Position numbers and translations under genes: made by a program. Source: Phycisphaerae bacterium (GTDB lineage: Bacteria; Planctomycetota; Phycisphaerae; UBA1845; Fen-1342). Taken from it: DNA of 64,000 bases. Where the stretch lies: NCBI GenBank assembly GCA_963675745.2, contig CAXXWX010000003.1, forward strand, positions 128,001-192,000. The letters run 5' to 3'. Below the pieces are notes generated by a model. That model did not search any database. It saw only the letters and a list, made by a program, of their open reading frames with translations, and had not been told where the DNA came from. Positions 1 to 9,279 of the stretch are shown here, piece by piece; position 1 is the first letter of the stretch, and each line of letters starts with the position of its first letter.

Positions 1-314
1 ACCTCCTGATCGGTGCGCCGGGCGCCGATGATCAGCGTGGTGCGGTGTACCTCGTCTACGGGCGTGATACCACCGGCGATGATCCACTCACCAGCCGGCT
101 CGATCTGGCTGACATCGCCAAGCCGCTTTTGCCCGGTTGGAGACTCACCGGCGACCAACCGCTGCGCCATCTGGGTACCGCGTTATCCGCGGGGCGTCTC
201 AACAACGATGGCCCGGCCGATGTCGCGATCGGCGCACCGGGCTATCGCGACGGCCTGGGAGCGGGAGTCTCCGGCGAGATTTACCTGATCTTCGGCCGCG
301 GCAACAATGACTAA
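1..314 (+). CDS. FG-GAP/integrin-alpha repeat protein, C-terminal part (5' truncated by window)
   Basis: Frame from nt 3 reads LLIGAPGADDQRGAVYLVYG...LGTALSAGRLNNDGPADVAIGAPG...GEIYLIFG, i.e. two FG-GAP repeats; stop at 314. Confidence 0.85.
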   Translation, partial: LLIGAPGADDQRGAVYLVYGRDTTGDDPLTSRLDLADIAKPLLPGWRLTGDQPLRHLGTALSAGRLNNDGPADVAIGAPGYRDGLGAGVSGEIYLIFGRGNND

Positions 315-478
315 GGCATGAACCAGCCAAGCGTGGCGTCAGGCTTCCGAGCCTAGCGCCATGGCTGGTTCGAGACGGTGCGACCGCCTGTGAATCACGG
401 GGCGTGAAGCAGCACTCCGTCGAGGCGACTTGGCGCTCACGTCGTGTCGTAATCCATCGATTGCCCCCGCGAGAGTGC

Positions 479-506
479 TTGACGGCATCCGGCCTGCTCT
501 GATAAT
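479..506 (+). promoter_or_regulatory. Putative sigma70 promoter of lnt operon
   Basis: TTGACG-N16-GATAAT about 70 nt upstream of ATG 577. Confidence 0.4.
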
Positions 507-576
507 CGTCACGGACCCTGGCACGCGCCTGCGCAATGTCGCACGTCCTGCCTGCGGCCGCCCGCGACGGATTAGC

Positions 577-2526
577 ATGAGTAAGCCGAAGGCTCCCAAA
601 GCAGAGTCCAAGACAGCCGCTCGACGAGTGCCCCCACCTCCTCCGGCGGGTGAGCGCGCGGGGGCGGTTCCATTGCGGCCCTTGTTGGCGGAGTTGTGCG
701 CCGTGGCCCTGCGCTACGCGTTCACGTTCGTGTCCATGTCGCTGATATTCCAGCCAACGACCTGGTGGCCGCTCGCATTCGTGTGCCTGACGCCTTGGGC
801 CGTGGCGACCTGCCGGACCGATCGTGCGTGGGTGGCACATTGGCTGAGCTTCCTGGGTGGCTGGATCTTTTTCCTGGCGAACCTGCGCTGGCTGATGCCC
901 GTGACAGGGCTGGGATTTGTCGCCCTGGCGTTTTATCTGGCGATCTACTGGCCGCTGGCGGCCTGGGCCCTGCGAACGGGCCGCCGCCGGGGAATCTCGC
1001 CGATCTGGACGCTGCCGGTTATCTGGGTGGCCTGCGAATATCTGCGCGCATTTGTCATGAGCGGTATCCCCTGGCTCTTCCTCTCACACAGCTTCGCGGG
1101 CGTCTTGTCGTTGATTCAGATCAGCGACATCACCGGCGCCTATGGCGTGACCTTCCTCGCCGCGATGGTCAACGGCGTATTCACTGAGGCCAGCCTGCAA
1201 AAATGGACCATGCCCGGCGATGTGCCGCGCAGGAAGCAACTCCGAATCGGGGCCATCTGCTGCGGCGTGGCGATCGTCGCGGCGCTGGTCTACGGGCAGT
1301 ACCGGCTGGGCCAGGTTGGCCGCGTGCGACAAGGCCCGAAGGTCGCCGTCATACAGGAAGATTTCCCGCTGGTCAGCACGCCGCCCTATGGCGACCCGCC
1401 GTGGATCATCTTCACGCGTTACATAGACCTGGCGGCACAGGCCGTATTGACGACCGAGCCGGACCTCGTCGTTTTCCCGGAAACCGTCTGGAGCACCACG
1501 CAGAACAAGTCCTTTGTGGAAAACGACTACCAGGGTGGTGAAGATGACCCGCGCGGGGTGTGGCTTTTCAGTCGGCAATGTCATGACGCCATCTCCGCCT
1601 TTGCGCGCGGCGAATATGCGGCTGTCAACGAAGCCCTCAATCGCATGGAGACTTTCGCGCAACGTGCGAACAGCAACACGCGCCTACCACGACTTCCCGA
1701 GGTGCCGGCCCGCCCCGTAACCGTAATCGTGGGCGCGAAGTCGGTGGAGTACTTCCCCGAGCACGCCTACCCCAAGCGCAAGGAATACAACTCGGCCCTG
1801 GTATACGCACCGGATGGGCAACAACTCGATGAGCGCTATGACAAGCAGCATCTGGTGCCTTTTGGCGAGGCCGTACCCTTCCGCTACGGCCGCCTGCACT
1901 GGCTCTACCGGCGGCTGAATGCGCTCAGCCCGTTCAGCGGCAAGGATGGGACTCACGAGTATTCCCTGAGCACCGGGGCGCGCCAGACGCGCTTCGCGCT
2001 CGGCACCGCACCGGACCGGCCGCACTTCGGCACGCCAATCTGCTACGAAGACGTCATGCCGCGCATCGCCCGCAAATACGTCTGGGACGGGAGCGATCGG
2101 CGCGTCGATTTCCTGGTCAACATCAGCAACGACGGGTGGTTTCTGCACAGCTCCGAGCTGCCACAGCATCTGGCGATCTGCGTCTTCAGAGCGGTCGAAA
2201 ACCGAGTCGGCATCGTACGTGCCGTCAACACCGGTATCAGCGGTTTCATCGATCCGGACGGACGTGTCTATAGCCTGGTGCGCGCGCCTGATGGGCGGCT
2301 GTATCGCAAGGACGCTGAGGGCCGTGGTGTCGTCGGCTACAGCACCGACCATGTGCTCATCGACAATCGCCACAGCTTCTACGGCCGCTTCGGTGATTGG
2401 CTGCCCAAAGTGTGTCTGATTCTGGCCGCCGTCTTGTGGATCGAGGGCATTGTGGCGCGCTGGGTCTGGGGCCTGCGCCAGCACTTGCTGATGCACATAC
2501 GGAAGCGAGGTGCCCGAAATGCCTGA
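577..2526 (+). CDS. lnt: Apolipoprotein N-acyltransferase
   Basis: N-terminal TM helices, GIPW..L.HS, DITGAYGVTF, nitrilase-domain motifs FPET, YDKQHLVPFGE, ICYED, NISNDGWF, RAVENR, RAVNTGIS; ATG 577 chosen over TTG 430. Confidence 0.95.
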   Translation: MSKPKAPKAESKTAARRVPPPPPAGERAGAVPLRPLLAELCAVALRYAFTFVSMSLIFQPTTWWPLAFVCLTPWAVATCRTDRAWVAHWLSFLGGWIFFLANLRWLMPVTGLGFVALAFYLAIYWPLAAWALRTGRRRGISPIWTLPVIWVACEYLRAFVMSGIPWLFLSHSFAGVLSLIQISDITGAYGVTFLAAMVNGVFTEASLQKWTMPGDVPRRKQLRIGAICCGVAIVAALVYGQYRLGQVGRVRQGPKVAVIQEDFPLVSTPPYGDPPWIIFTRYIDLAAQAVLTTEPDLVVFPETVWSTTQNKSFVENDYQGGEDDPRGVWLFSRQCHDAISAFARGEYAAVNEALNRMETFAQRANSNTRLPRLPEVPARPVTVIVGAKSVEYFPEHAYPKRKEYNSALVYAPDGQQLDERYDKQHLVPFGEAVPFRYGRLHWLYRRLNALSPFSGKDGTHEYSLSTGARQTRFALGTAPDRPHFGTPICYEDVMPRIARKYVWDGSDRRVDFLVNISNDGWFLHSSELPQHLAICVFRAVENRVGIVRAVNTGISGFIDPDGRVYSLVRAPDGRLYRKDAEGRGVVGYSTDHVLIDNRHSFYGRFGDWLPKVCLILAAVLWIEGIVARWVWGLRQHLLMHIRKRGARNA

Positions 2527-3574
2527 CATCACGGCCAGAGGCGGTGTTCGCAGCCGATGCGCGGTATGCGCCCTCCAATTGCCGCTGTTGACCATGCTGC
2601 TGTGTTTGTTTGGCTGCCACGGCGGCGACGCGCGCCTGTCACTGTCCCAAAGGGCGGACATGAAGCGTCGTGCGCTGGATTTGTTACTACGCGCCGGTGA
2701 AAGCGAGTTTGATGATGTCGCCGCGCACGCGCTTGAAGCGCTGGCGGACGTCGCGCCCGATGAGGGCACGCCGCTGTTTCGACGCGCCCTCGCATCGGAT
2801 CGGCCGCTGATTCGCTACGCCGGTCTCGTTTCGCTCGGCCGCCTGAACAAGCGCGATGCGCTGCCGGCCATCCGCAAGTGCATACGCGATCAACATGCCC
2901 ACGTGCGCCTGGCGGCGGCATTCGCAGCGCTGCGTTGCGGAGGAAGTGAGCAGACCTATGGGCCCTTGCTGGCAGACGCACTGAGCGACAGTCCGGAGGA
3001 AAACCTGCGGGCCGAGGCCGCCGCACTGATCGGGCGACTGGGTGAACGGCGCGCCGTCAAGCGTTTGCAGCTCGCCCAGCGGCGTGAAAAGTCTTCCCTG
3101 GTGCTTGTGCAGATTGTCGGCGCGCTGGCCACGCTGGGCGATGAGAATGCGTTCCAGCGTTTGCTGGCCTATACCCAGGGCGACCAGGCGGCGCGCGTTG
3201 TGGCGCTTCAGCTTCTTGTTGAGCTCGCCGATCCGAGAGCCCGCGACGCCCTTCTTGATCGGCTCCATGCGCCGGCCGACAGCGAGTACATTGTCGTAAA
3301 GCTGCTGGCGGCACGGGGTCTGGGGCGGATCGGGTCGGATGCGGGCTTCAAGCTGGCGCTGACGATGGCCGATGAGCGCACCGCCGTGGACGTGCGCGAC
3401 GACGCCCAACGTTTTGAAGAGCGGATGAAGATCCGCACGAACGCGGCACTGGCGCTGGGCGCGATCGGCGACCAACGCGCCCTGCCGCATCTGCAAAATC
3501 TGGCGCAACTCCAGGATGACCCGCGCATCCAGGTGGCCGCCTGCTGGGCGATCCTCGACATTCTCGGCGATTAA
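2519..3574 (+). CDS. HEAT/PBS-lyase repeat lipoprotein
   Basis: Lipobox-like LFGC after a hydrophobic stretch; repeated R..AA.ALG HEAT units; overlaps the lnt stop. Confidence 0.8.
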   Translation: MPDITARGGVRSRCAVCALQLPLLTMLLCLFGCHGGDARLSLSQRADMKRRALDLLLRAGESEFDDVAAHALEALADVAPDEGTPLFRRALASDRPLIRYAGLVSLGRLNKRDALPAIRKCIRDQHAHVRLAAAFAALRCGGSEQTYGPLLADALSDSPEENLRAEAAALIGRLGERRAVKRLQLAQRREKSSLVLVQIVGALATLGDENAFQRLLAYTQGDQAARVVALQLLVELADPRARDALLDRLHAPADSEYIVVKLLAARGLGRIGSDAGFKLALTMADERTAVDVRDDAQRFEERMKIRTNAALALGAIGDQRALPHLQNLAQLQDDPRIQVAACWAILDILGD

Positions 3575-3650
3575 ACGCGACGCCGTACTATCCAACCGAT
3601 TGACGTCCGGCTCGGGGGCCGGACGCTACCGCATATTGCTCGACTGGCTG

Positions 3651-4913
3651 CTACGCGTGTCCCAGGGGGAACTGCGAACATAGCTCGGTAACGCGTTGCC
3701 GGACGCCGACGAGTCTGGCGTCATCACCCTCGGCGGACATCGCCTCGTGGGCCAGCTCCGCCACCAACGCCATCTCCGGCTCGCGCAATCCGCGCGTGGT
3801 CAGCGCCGGCGTGCCGAGGCGCAGGCCGCTGGTCTCCGTCGGCTTGCGCTCATCAAACGGGATCATGTTCTTGTTGGTGATGATCCCGGCCTGCTCCAGC
3901 CAGGCCTCGGCCTGTTTGCCGGTCAGATCGGGATGCACGTCGCGCAGGTCGACGAGCATCAGGTGGGTGTCGGTGCCCCCCGAAACGAGACGATAGCCGC
4001 GCGACTGGAGGCTCTCGGCGAGGGCGCGCGCGTTGTTGATGATCTGCTGCTGGTATTCCTTGAACTCGGGCCGCAGCGCCTCGCCGAATGCCGTGGCCTT
4101 GGCGGTGATGATGTGCATCAGCGGGCCGCCCTGCGTGCCGGGGAATACCCAGCGATTGATCAGCTTGGCGTCATCTCCGGCGCGGCAGAGAATCAGTCCG
4201 CCGCGCGGTCCGCGCAGCGTTTTGTGTGTCGTCGTGGTCGTGTAGTCGGCGTGCGGAATCGACGTCGGGTGCAGACCGGTTGCGACCAGGCCGGCGATGT
4301 GCGCGATGTCGGCCATCAGGCGTGCCCCGACCTCCCGCGCGATCTCGCCAAAAGCGGCAAAGTCAATGGTGCGCGGATATGCCGATGCACCGGCGATGAT
4401 CAGCTTTGGCTTGTGCTCATGGGCCAGCCGTCGCACTTCCGCCATATCGACCTGTTCGGTGCCGCGCGCCACGCCGTACGGCACAATATTGAACAGCGCC
4501 CCGCTGAAGTTGACCTTCAGCCCATGGGAGAGGTGCCCGCCGTGAGCCAGATCCAGTGACAGGACCGTGTCGCCGGGTCGCGCGCAGGCCAGGAACGCGG
4601 CCACATTCGCTGACGCCCCGGAGTGTGGCTGAACATTGGCGAACTCGGCGCCGAACAGCTCTTTGGCCCGCTCGCGCGCCAGTTCCTCGATCGCATCCAT
4701 GTTGACGCAGCCGCCGTAATAGCGCCGACCCGGATAGCCCTCGGCGTACTTGTTGGTGAAGACCGAACCGGCGGCCTCGCGCACGGCACGGGAGACGTGA
4801 TTCTCCGAGGCGATCAGCTCGAGCGTGTTCTGCTGCCGCTCCTCCTCCTGGCGAATGATCGCGGCAACGCGCGGGTCGGTTTCAGCAATCGGCTGCGTCA
4901 TGAATGAGTGCAT
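3651..4913 (-). CDS. glyA: Serine hydroxymethyltransferase
   Basis: [61 protein letters not shown]. Confidence 0.98.
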   Translation of the reverse strand: MHSFMTQPIAETDPRVAAIIRQEEERQQNTLELIASENHVSRAVREAAGSVFTNKYAEGYPGRRYYGGCVNMDAIEELARERAKELFGAEFANVQPHSGASANVAAFLACARPGDTVLSLDLAHGGHLSHGLKVNFSGALFNIVPYGVARGTEQVDMAEVRRLAHEHKPKLIIAGASAYPRTIDFAAFGEIAREVGARLMADIAHIAGLVATGLHPTSIPHADYTTTTTHKTLRGPRGGLILCRAGDDAKLINRWVFPGTQGGPLMHIITAKATAFGEALRPEFKEYQQQIINNARALAESLQSRGYRLVSGGTDTHLMLVDLRDVHPDLTGKQAEAWLEQAGIITNKNMIPFDERKPTETSGLRLGTPALTTRGLREPEMALVAELAHEAMSAEGDDARLVGVRQRVTELCSQFPLGHA

Positions 4914-4975
4914 GTGTGGTTCCCTCTGGTCAGTAGGCCGCGCCACTGGGGCACGTGTACAGATGATTACGGTTG

Positions 4976-5572
4976 TTACTCGTTATCAGGTTGGCCGGCC
5001 GGAGCTTCGCTGATCTCCCCGGTTACGGGCGGCGCGAACGCACGCCGCAACTCCGCCAGCAGACGCTGCTCCACTCCGACATCGCGGCGCACCTTGGTCC
5101 AAACCTGGTTCTGAGATTCGGTGGTGGCCCCGTCATCCTCGATCGGCGTGCGCGCCGGTGAGTCGTCGATTCGGCCGGTCGCCGATCGAAGTGCCGTTCG
5201 GCGGGCCGTGTCCTGGCGCTCGATGTCGATCCGCAGGCGTGCGACGGTTTGTCCGCCCAGCGATTCGCTGGCAAACCGCGCCACGCGGCGCATGCGCGAA
5301 CGGCCGCGGTAGAAGTCACGCGTGGTTCCGCTTTCACGCCTGGTCGTGTATTCAACCGGCGCACTGACAATCGTACGCGCCGCGCGGTTGGTGGTCACAG
5401 CGCGAAACTCGCGTGCCAACACGAGCTCGCCGGCCTGGAGCACTTCATCGGGCGTGGCGTCGTCAATCACGATCGTGCGGTAAGTCATGGCCGCGGGGCC
5501 GGTGTCAACCTCGCAGCCGACCAGGGTGGTGAGTCCGAACATGACGACCAAAACCGCGCAGGCTCGGTTCAT
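4976..5572 (-). CDS. Hypothetical lipoprotein
   Basis: GGAGG RBS, signal peptide ending LVGC; in operon upstream of glyA. Confidence 0.7.
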   Translation of the reverse strand: MNRACAVLVVMFGLTTLVGCEVDTGPAAMTYRTIVIDDATPDEVLQAGELVLAREFRAVTTNRAARTIVSAPVEYTTRRESGTTRDFYRGRSRMRRVARFASESLGGQTVARLRIDIERQDTARRTALRSATGRIDDSPARTPIEDDGATTESQNQVWTKVRRDVGVEQRLLAELRRAFAPPVTGEISEAPAGQPDNE

Positions 5573-5651
5573 TGCTTGACCTCCCAGTGATTGTCGCGTG
5601 CGACCGCTACCGGCACCGCCGCGCCATGTGATCATGCCGACCGAGCATCAG

Positions 5652-7484
5652 TCAATCGGTCTCGGCCTCGGCGTCAGACTCTGCTGTGTCATTGTCGTCC
5701 ACGGGCGGCGGCACGACAAGCTCATGATAAGCCGGCTCACGCCTGAGGGGCGGGGCTTCACGGTCGTCCGACCGGTTTGTGGGAGGCTTGGCGGACCCGG
5801 CGTCAGTCCCCGGTTCCGATGCGGCGTTGCCGGCTTGACGGATCAACTGCGGGTAGCGGCTGATGACGGATGTCGGGTCGGCCTCCGCCGCGGCGCGCTC
5901 CAGGTTCTCAAGGCCGTGGTCGGCATTACCGCCAAAATACTCCAGATAGCCCAGCAGGAAGCGCAGGCGCATGTCCTCCCGGTCCTCGAGTCGGCGCATG
6001 ATGTCGGCCCGCCTGATATCGATGATCTCACCGCCGCCCATAAGCGCCACCAGGTCGATACGAAAGCGAGCGATCTCGGGATGCGTTTCCAACGCGCGGA
6101 CCAGCAACAGCGCCGCCGACTCGTAATCACCCGCGCCGAGCAACGCATGCGCCTTGCCCATGAGTGGCAGCGGATTGTGTGGCGCCAGTTGTCGCGCTAT
6201 CTCGTAGCGGGACGCGGCTTCGTAGTAGTGCCCGACTTCCAGCAGGGCCGCGGCCTCCAGCAGCTCATCATTGAGCATCGACTCGCCCTGGCCGACAAAG
6301 CTGGCGAGCGGCTGGGTGAGGCGTTGTGTAGCGAACTCACTCGCGTCGGTCGGCACGTCGCCGCCCGCGCGCTGCCGCAACTCGGGGTCGTCCGTCAACG
6401 CCGCTTGCATCTCCTCAAACCAGACCGAGTCCGGCTCCTGGATTAGCGTCAGTGCCATCTGCATATCGTTGTACACGTCGGCGCCCGGGAGCATGCTCGC
6501 GTCCGAGATGCGCTGGTGTTCCAGCAGAGCGGACGGCTGCTCGGAAGGCACATCGGGCTCCGGTTCGCGCGAAAGGCTGGCGAGGGTCTCGGTCAAGCCG
6601 TCCGGCAGCCCATCCTCGCCCACGCGGTCCCCCAGGCGCGGGTCATCCAGAAAGTCACCCATTCGACGCTCGCCGAGAAGCAGGTCAATCGGCCCCCCCA
6701 CCGCGCTTCCAGGATCATCCAGCCTGTCGCGTGACGTCAGGTACATGTCATCCGGGCGCGGCGGCAACCCTCCGGGCTGGAAGAGCCGGTCGGCGTTCTG
6801 ACGCCCGCTGCGCAGTGAGGTCGGATCATCGATGATGGCTTGTGGGATCGCGGGCAGACTGAATATGGAACTGGTGATGGTCGAGCGCGGTGCGAGCGGC
6901 TCCACGGTCAGTCGGCGATCAGGCATCGTCGGGTCGGGAAACCGCTGATCGATCCGTGGGTCCAAGGGAGAGACGTCCGCCGAGGTCATTGGCGTGGTCC
7001 TGGTGCGCGGGCGCATCTCGATACGCGTGGCCGCGTAGGGCGTCACCTGGCCGCGCAGGTAGCCGGCGGTGGCCGCGGTTTGAGCGGGATCGTAGTACGG
7101 AGTTGCCAGGCCGCCCCATGTTTGCGGCGTTTGGCGGTATAAGCTCACATCCCCCACGCTGACCGAGTCGCGCCGAAACGATGAAAGCGTCGAACTGCCC
7201 AGGCGCCCACGAAACGCCGTCGGGTCGGAAATCGGCGAATAGCTTCGCAGCGACTGGCCGAATCTGGCGTTGCCGGTCGCGTATGGGTTCCCACCCATCA
7301 GCGGCGACACGGGACGAGTGTAGTTCCGCCCACCCGATCCGATTTGGGGGTTTGCGTCGAACAGGCGTCCGTCCTGCTGAATCTGGTACTGGCCGGCAGC
7401 CGAGTCGGCCAGCAGGGTCAGCGATGCAATCGCCAACCAGCACGTGCCGCTCGTGCGTAATCTCGCGTATCGAACGCCGTTCAT
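5652..7484 (-). CDS. Exported protein with low-complexity N-terminus and C-terminal TPR repeats
   Basis: GAGGTG RBS before ATG 7484, signal peptide, TPR-like helices (GHYYEAASRYEIARQLAPHNP...GDYESAA). Confidence 0.75.
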   Translation of the reverse strand: MNGVRYARLRTSGTCWLAIASLTLLADSAAGQYQIQQDGRLFDANPQIGSGGRNYTRPVSPLMGGNPYATGNARFGQSLRSYSPISDPTAFRGRLGSSTLSSFRRDSVSVGDVSLYRQTPQTWGGLATPYYDPAQTAATAGYLRGQVTPYAATRIEMRPRTRTTPMTSADVSPLDPRIDQRFPDPTMPDRRLTVEPLAPRSTITSSIFSLPAIPQAIIDDPTSLRSGRQNADRLFQPGGLPPRPDDMYLTSRDRLDDPGSAVGGPIDLLLGERRMGDFLDDPRLGDRVGEDGLPDGLTETLASLSREPEPDVPSEQPSALLEHQRISDASMLPGADVYNDMQMALTLIQEPDSVWFEEMQAALTDDPELRQRAGGDVPTDASEFATQRLTQPLASFVGQGESMLNDELLEAAALLEVGHYYEAASRYEIARQLAPHNPLPLMGKAHALLGAGDYESAALLLVRALETHPEIARFRIDLVALMGGGEIIDIRRADIMRRLEDREDMRLRFLLGYLEYFGGNADHGLENLERAAAEADPTSVISRYPQLIRQAGNAASEPGTDAGSAKPPTNRSDDREAPPLRREPAYHELVVPPPVDDNDTAESDAEAETD

Positions 7485-7561
7485 CTCACACCTCACTGCG
7501 CTGCGCGCGCAGAGTGTCAATTGTGCCGCTACGGCGGATCGGACAGCGGCCTGGTCCTTGT

Positions 7562-8293
7562 TCACACAATCTGCCGACCACCATCGACCGGCAAGATCGC
7601 GCCGGTGATGTAATCGCCCGCGGTCAGCAGGAACTGCACAGCCGCCGCGATGTCCTCGGGTTTTCCGGCCCGGCCGAGCGGAATACGCCGGGTCAGGCGT
7701 TCCCGCGTTTCGTCATCATACGCGGTGGGCCAGGCGGCAACGCCGGGCGCAACTCCAACCACTCTCACGTTGGGTGCCAGGCCGCGGGCCAGCGCTTTGG
7801 TCAGCGTGTCAAGCGCGCCCTTTGACACGATGTACGCGAGGTGGTCGGGCCACGGATGGGTGGTGGCCGCATCAGTGATGTTTACGACGCAGCCGCCCGA
7901 CTGCTCGAGCGCTTCGCGTGCCGCGACGGCCAGGACCATCGGCGCCGTCAGATTGACGCGTAATGTCTGATCCCACGCGTGCAGGTTAAAATCCGTGATA
8001 CTCATCGGTGCGAAAGCGGAGGCGTTGTTGACCAGGGCGTCAAGCCGTCCGAAACGCGCCAGGACGTCCCGCACCAGCCGCACCGGGGCCTCGCGATCAG
8101 CCAAATCAGCCTGGAACGCCTCGGCATCCACTCCCTCCCGCCGACATGCCGAAACGACGTCGGCGGCCTCGTCGGCTGACGTGTTGTAATGCACCGCCGT
8201 CTTACACCTGGCCGCTGCCAGTTGCAGCGCAATGGCCCGCCCGACCCGCCGCGCGGCCCCGGTCACCAGTGCGACTTTGCCGGCGAGTTTCAT
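7562..8293 (-). CDS. Short-chain dehydrogenase, pteridine reductase/FolM-like
   Basis: TGAARRVG, HYNTS, NNAS, YIVSK catalytic motif, VDGG end. Confidence 0.85.
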   Translation of the reverse strand: MKLAGKVALVTGAARRVGRAIALQLAAARCKTAVHYNTSADEAADVVSACRREGVDAEAFQADLADREAPVRLVRDVLARFGRLDALVNNASAFAPMSITDFNLHAWDQTLRVNLTAPMVLAVAAREALEQSGGCVVNITDAATTHPWPDHLAYIVSKGALDTLTKALARGLAPNVRVVGVAPGVAAWPTAYDDETRERLTRRIPLGRAGKPEDIAAAVQFLLTAGDYITGAILPVDGGRQIV

Positions 8294-9057
8294 TCACGAC
8301 TCTCCACAAGCGGGTCGTAGCGCACCCACTCCAGACAGAGACCCTCCGCTGGAGCGGTGCCGGCGGCGGCCGATCGGTCGCGGGCCGCCAGAATCTCCGG
8401 CACGCGCTCGGGCGACCAGTGTCCACGGCCGACCTCGATCAACGTGCCGACCATGTTCCGTACCTGATTGTACAAGAAACCGTCGCCCAGCACGTCGATT
8501 AGGATCTCGTTGTATACGCGACGCACACCTATGTGGCGAACCGTGCGCACGTTGCTGGCGCGCGGGCTGCCCTGGCTGGCAAATGACGTGAAATCATGTG
8601 TGCCAACCAGCCCCCGCGCTGCGGCACGCAAACGGTCCAAATCCAGCGGGTGCCAGACGTGCCAGGCGTAGCGCGATGTCTGGGCGTCACGCGGACAATC
8701 CGGCGTGTTGTGTACTCTGTACCGATACAGCTTTTCCCGCGCGCCGCGGATCACGTCGAAATCTTCTGGGACCACACGCACACTCATGAGCACAATGTCG
8801 TCGGGCAGCCGGTGATTCATCGCCCGGCGGAGGTTCTCCAGCGGAATCGGCCCAGCGTAGGTTACTTCCGCCGCCTGACCGCGCGCGTGGACACCGGCGT
8901 CGGTGCGGCTGGCGCCCAGAAAACTGCATGGTTGCCCCAGTACGCGCTGGGCCACACGCTCGATCTCCTCCTGCACCGTGCGCACATTGGCCTGGCGCTG
9001 CCACCCGTGGAAGGCGGTGCCGTCATACGCGATCGAGAACTTGAGCTTTCGCCGCAT
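8290..9057 (-). CDS. truA: tRNA pseudouridine(38-40) synthase
   Basis: YDGTAFHGWQRQ, SRTDAGVHARGQ, GTHDFTSF, GFLYNQVRNMVG, TAPAEGLCL. Confidence 0.97.
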   Translation of the reverse strand: MRRKLKFSIAYDGTAFHGWQRQANVRTVQEEIERVAQRVLGQPCSFLGASRTDAGVHARGQAAEVTYAGPIPLENLRRAMNHRLPDDIVLMSVRVVPEDFDVIRGAREKLYRYRVHNTPDCPRDAQTSRYAWHVWHPLDLDRLRAAARGLVGTHDFTSFASQGSPRASNVRTVRHIGVRRVYNEILIDVLGDGFLYNQVRNMVGTLIEVGRGHWSPERVPEILAARDRSAAAGTAPAEGLCLEWVRYDPLVESRE

Positions 9058-9279
9058 ACTCTGTGGCCTCAACGAGTGCAGGTGAGTCGTGCCCTAATGC
9101 CAGCCGGGTTTCCGATTCCGACGTCCTCCGCATCTGCCTGGCGGGAACGCTCGACGTGATGGCGGATCTAACCGGCGCCAGAAGCACAGACCACACGGTC
9201 ATACATAGCTCAATGCAAAACGCACGGCCAATCGCTGGCGATCGACCGTGCGCTGCCGCGTAGCGTTATGCCGCACGGG

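Noticed and set aside
430..576. N-terminal extension of lnt from TTG 430
   Set aside because: It overlaps a promoter-like sequence; ATG 577 is more plausible
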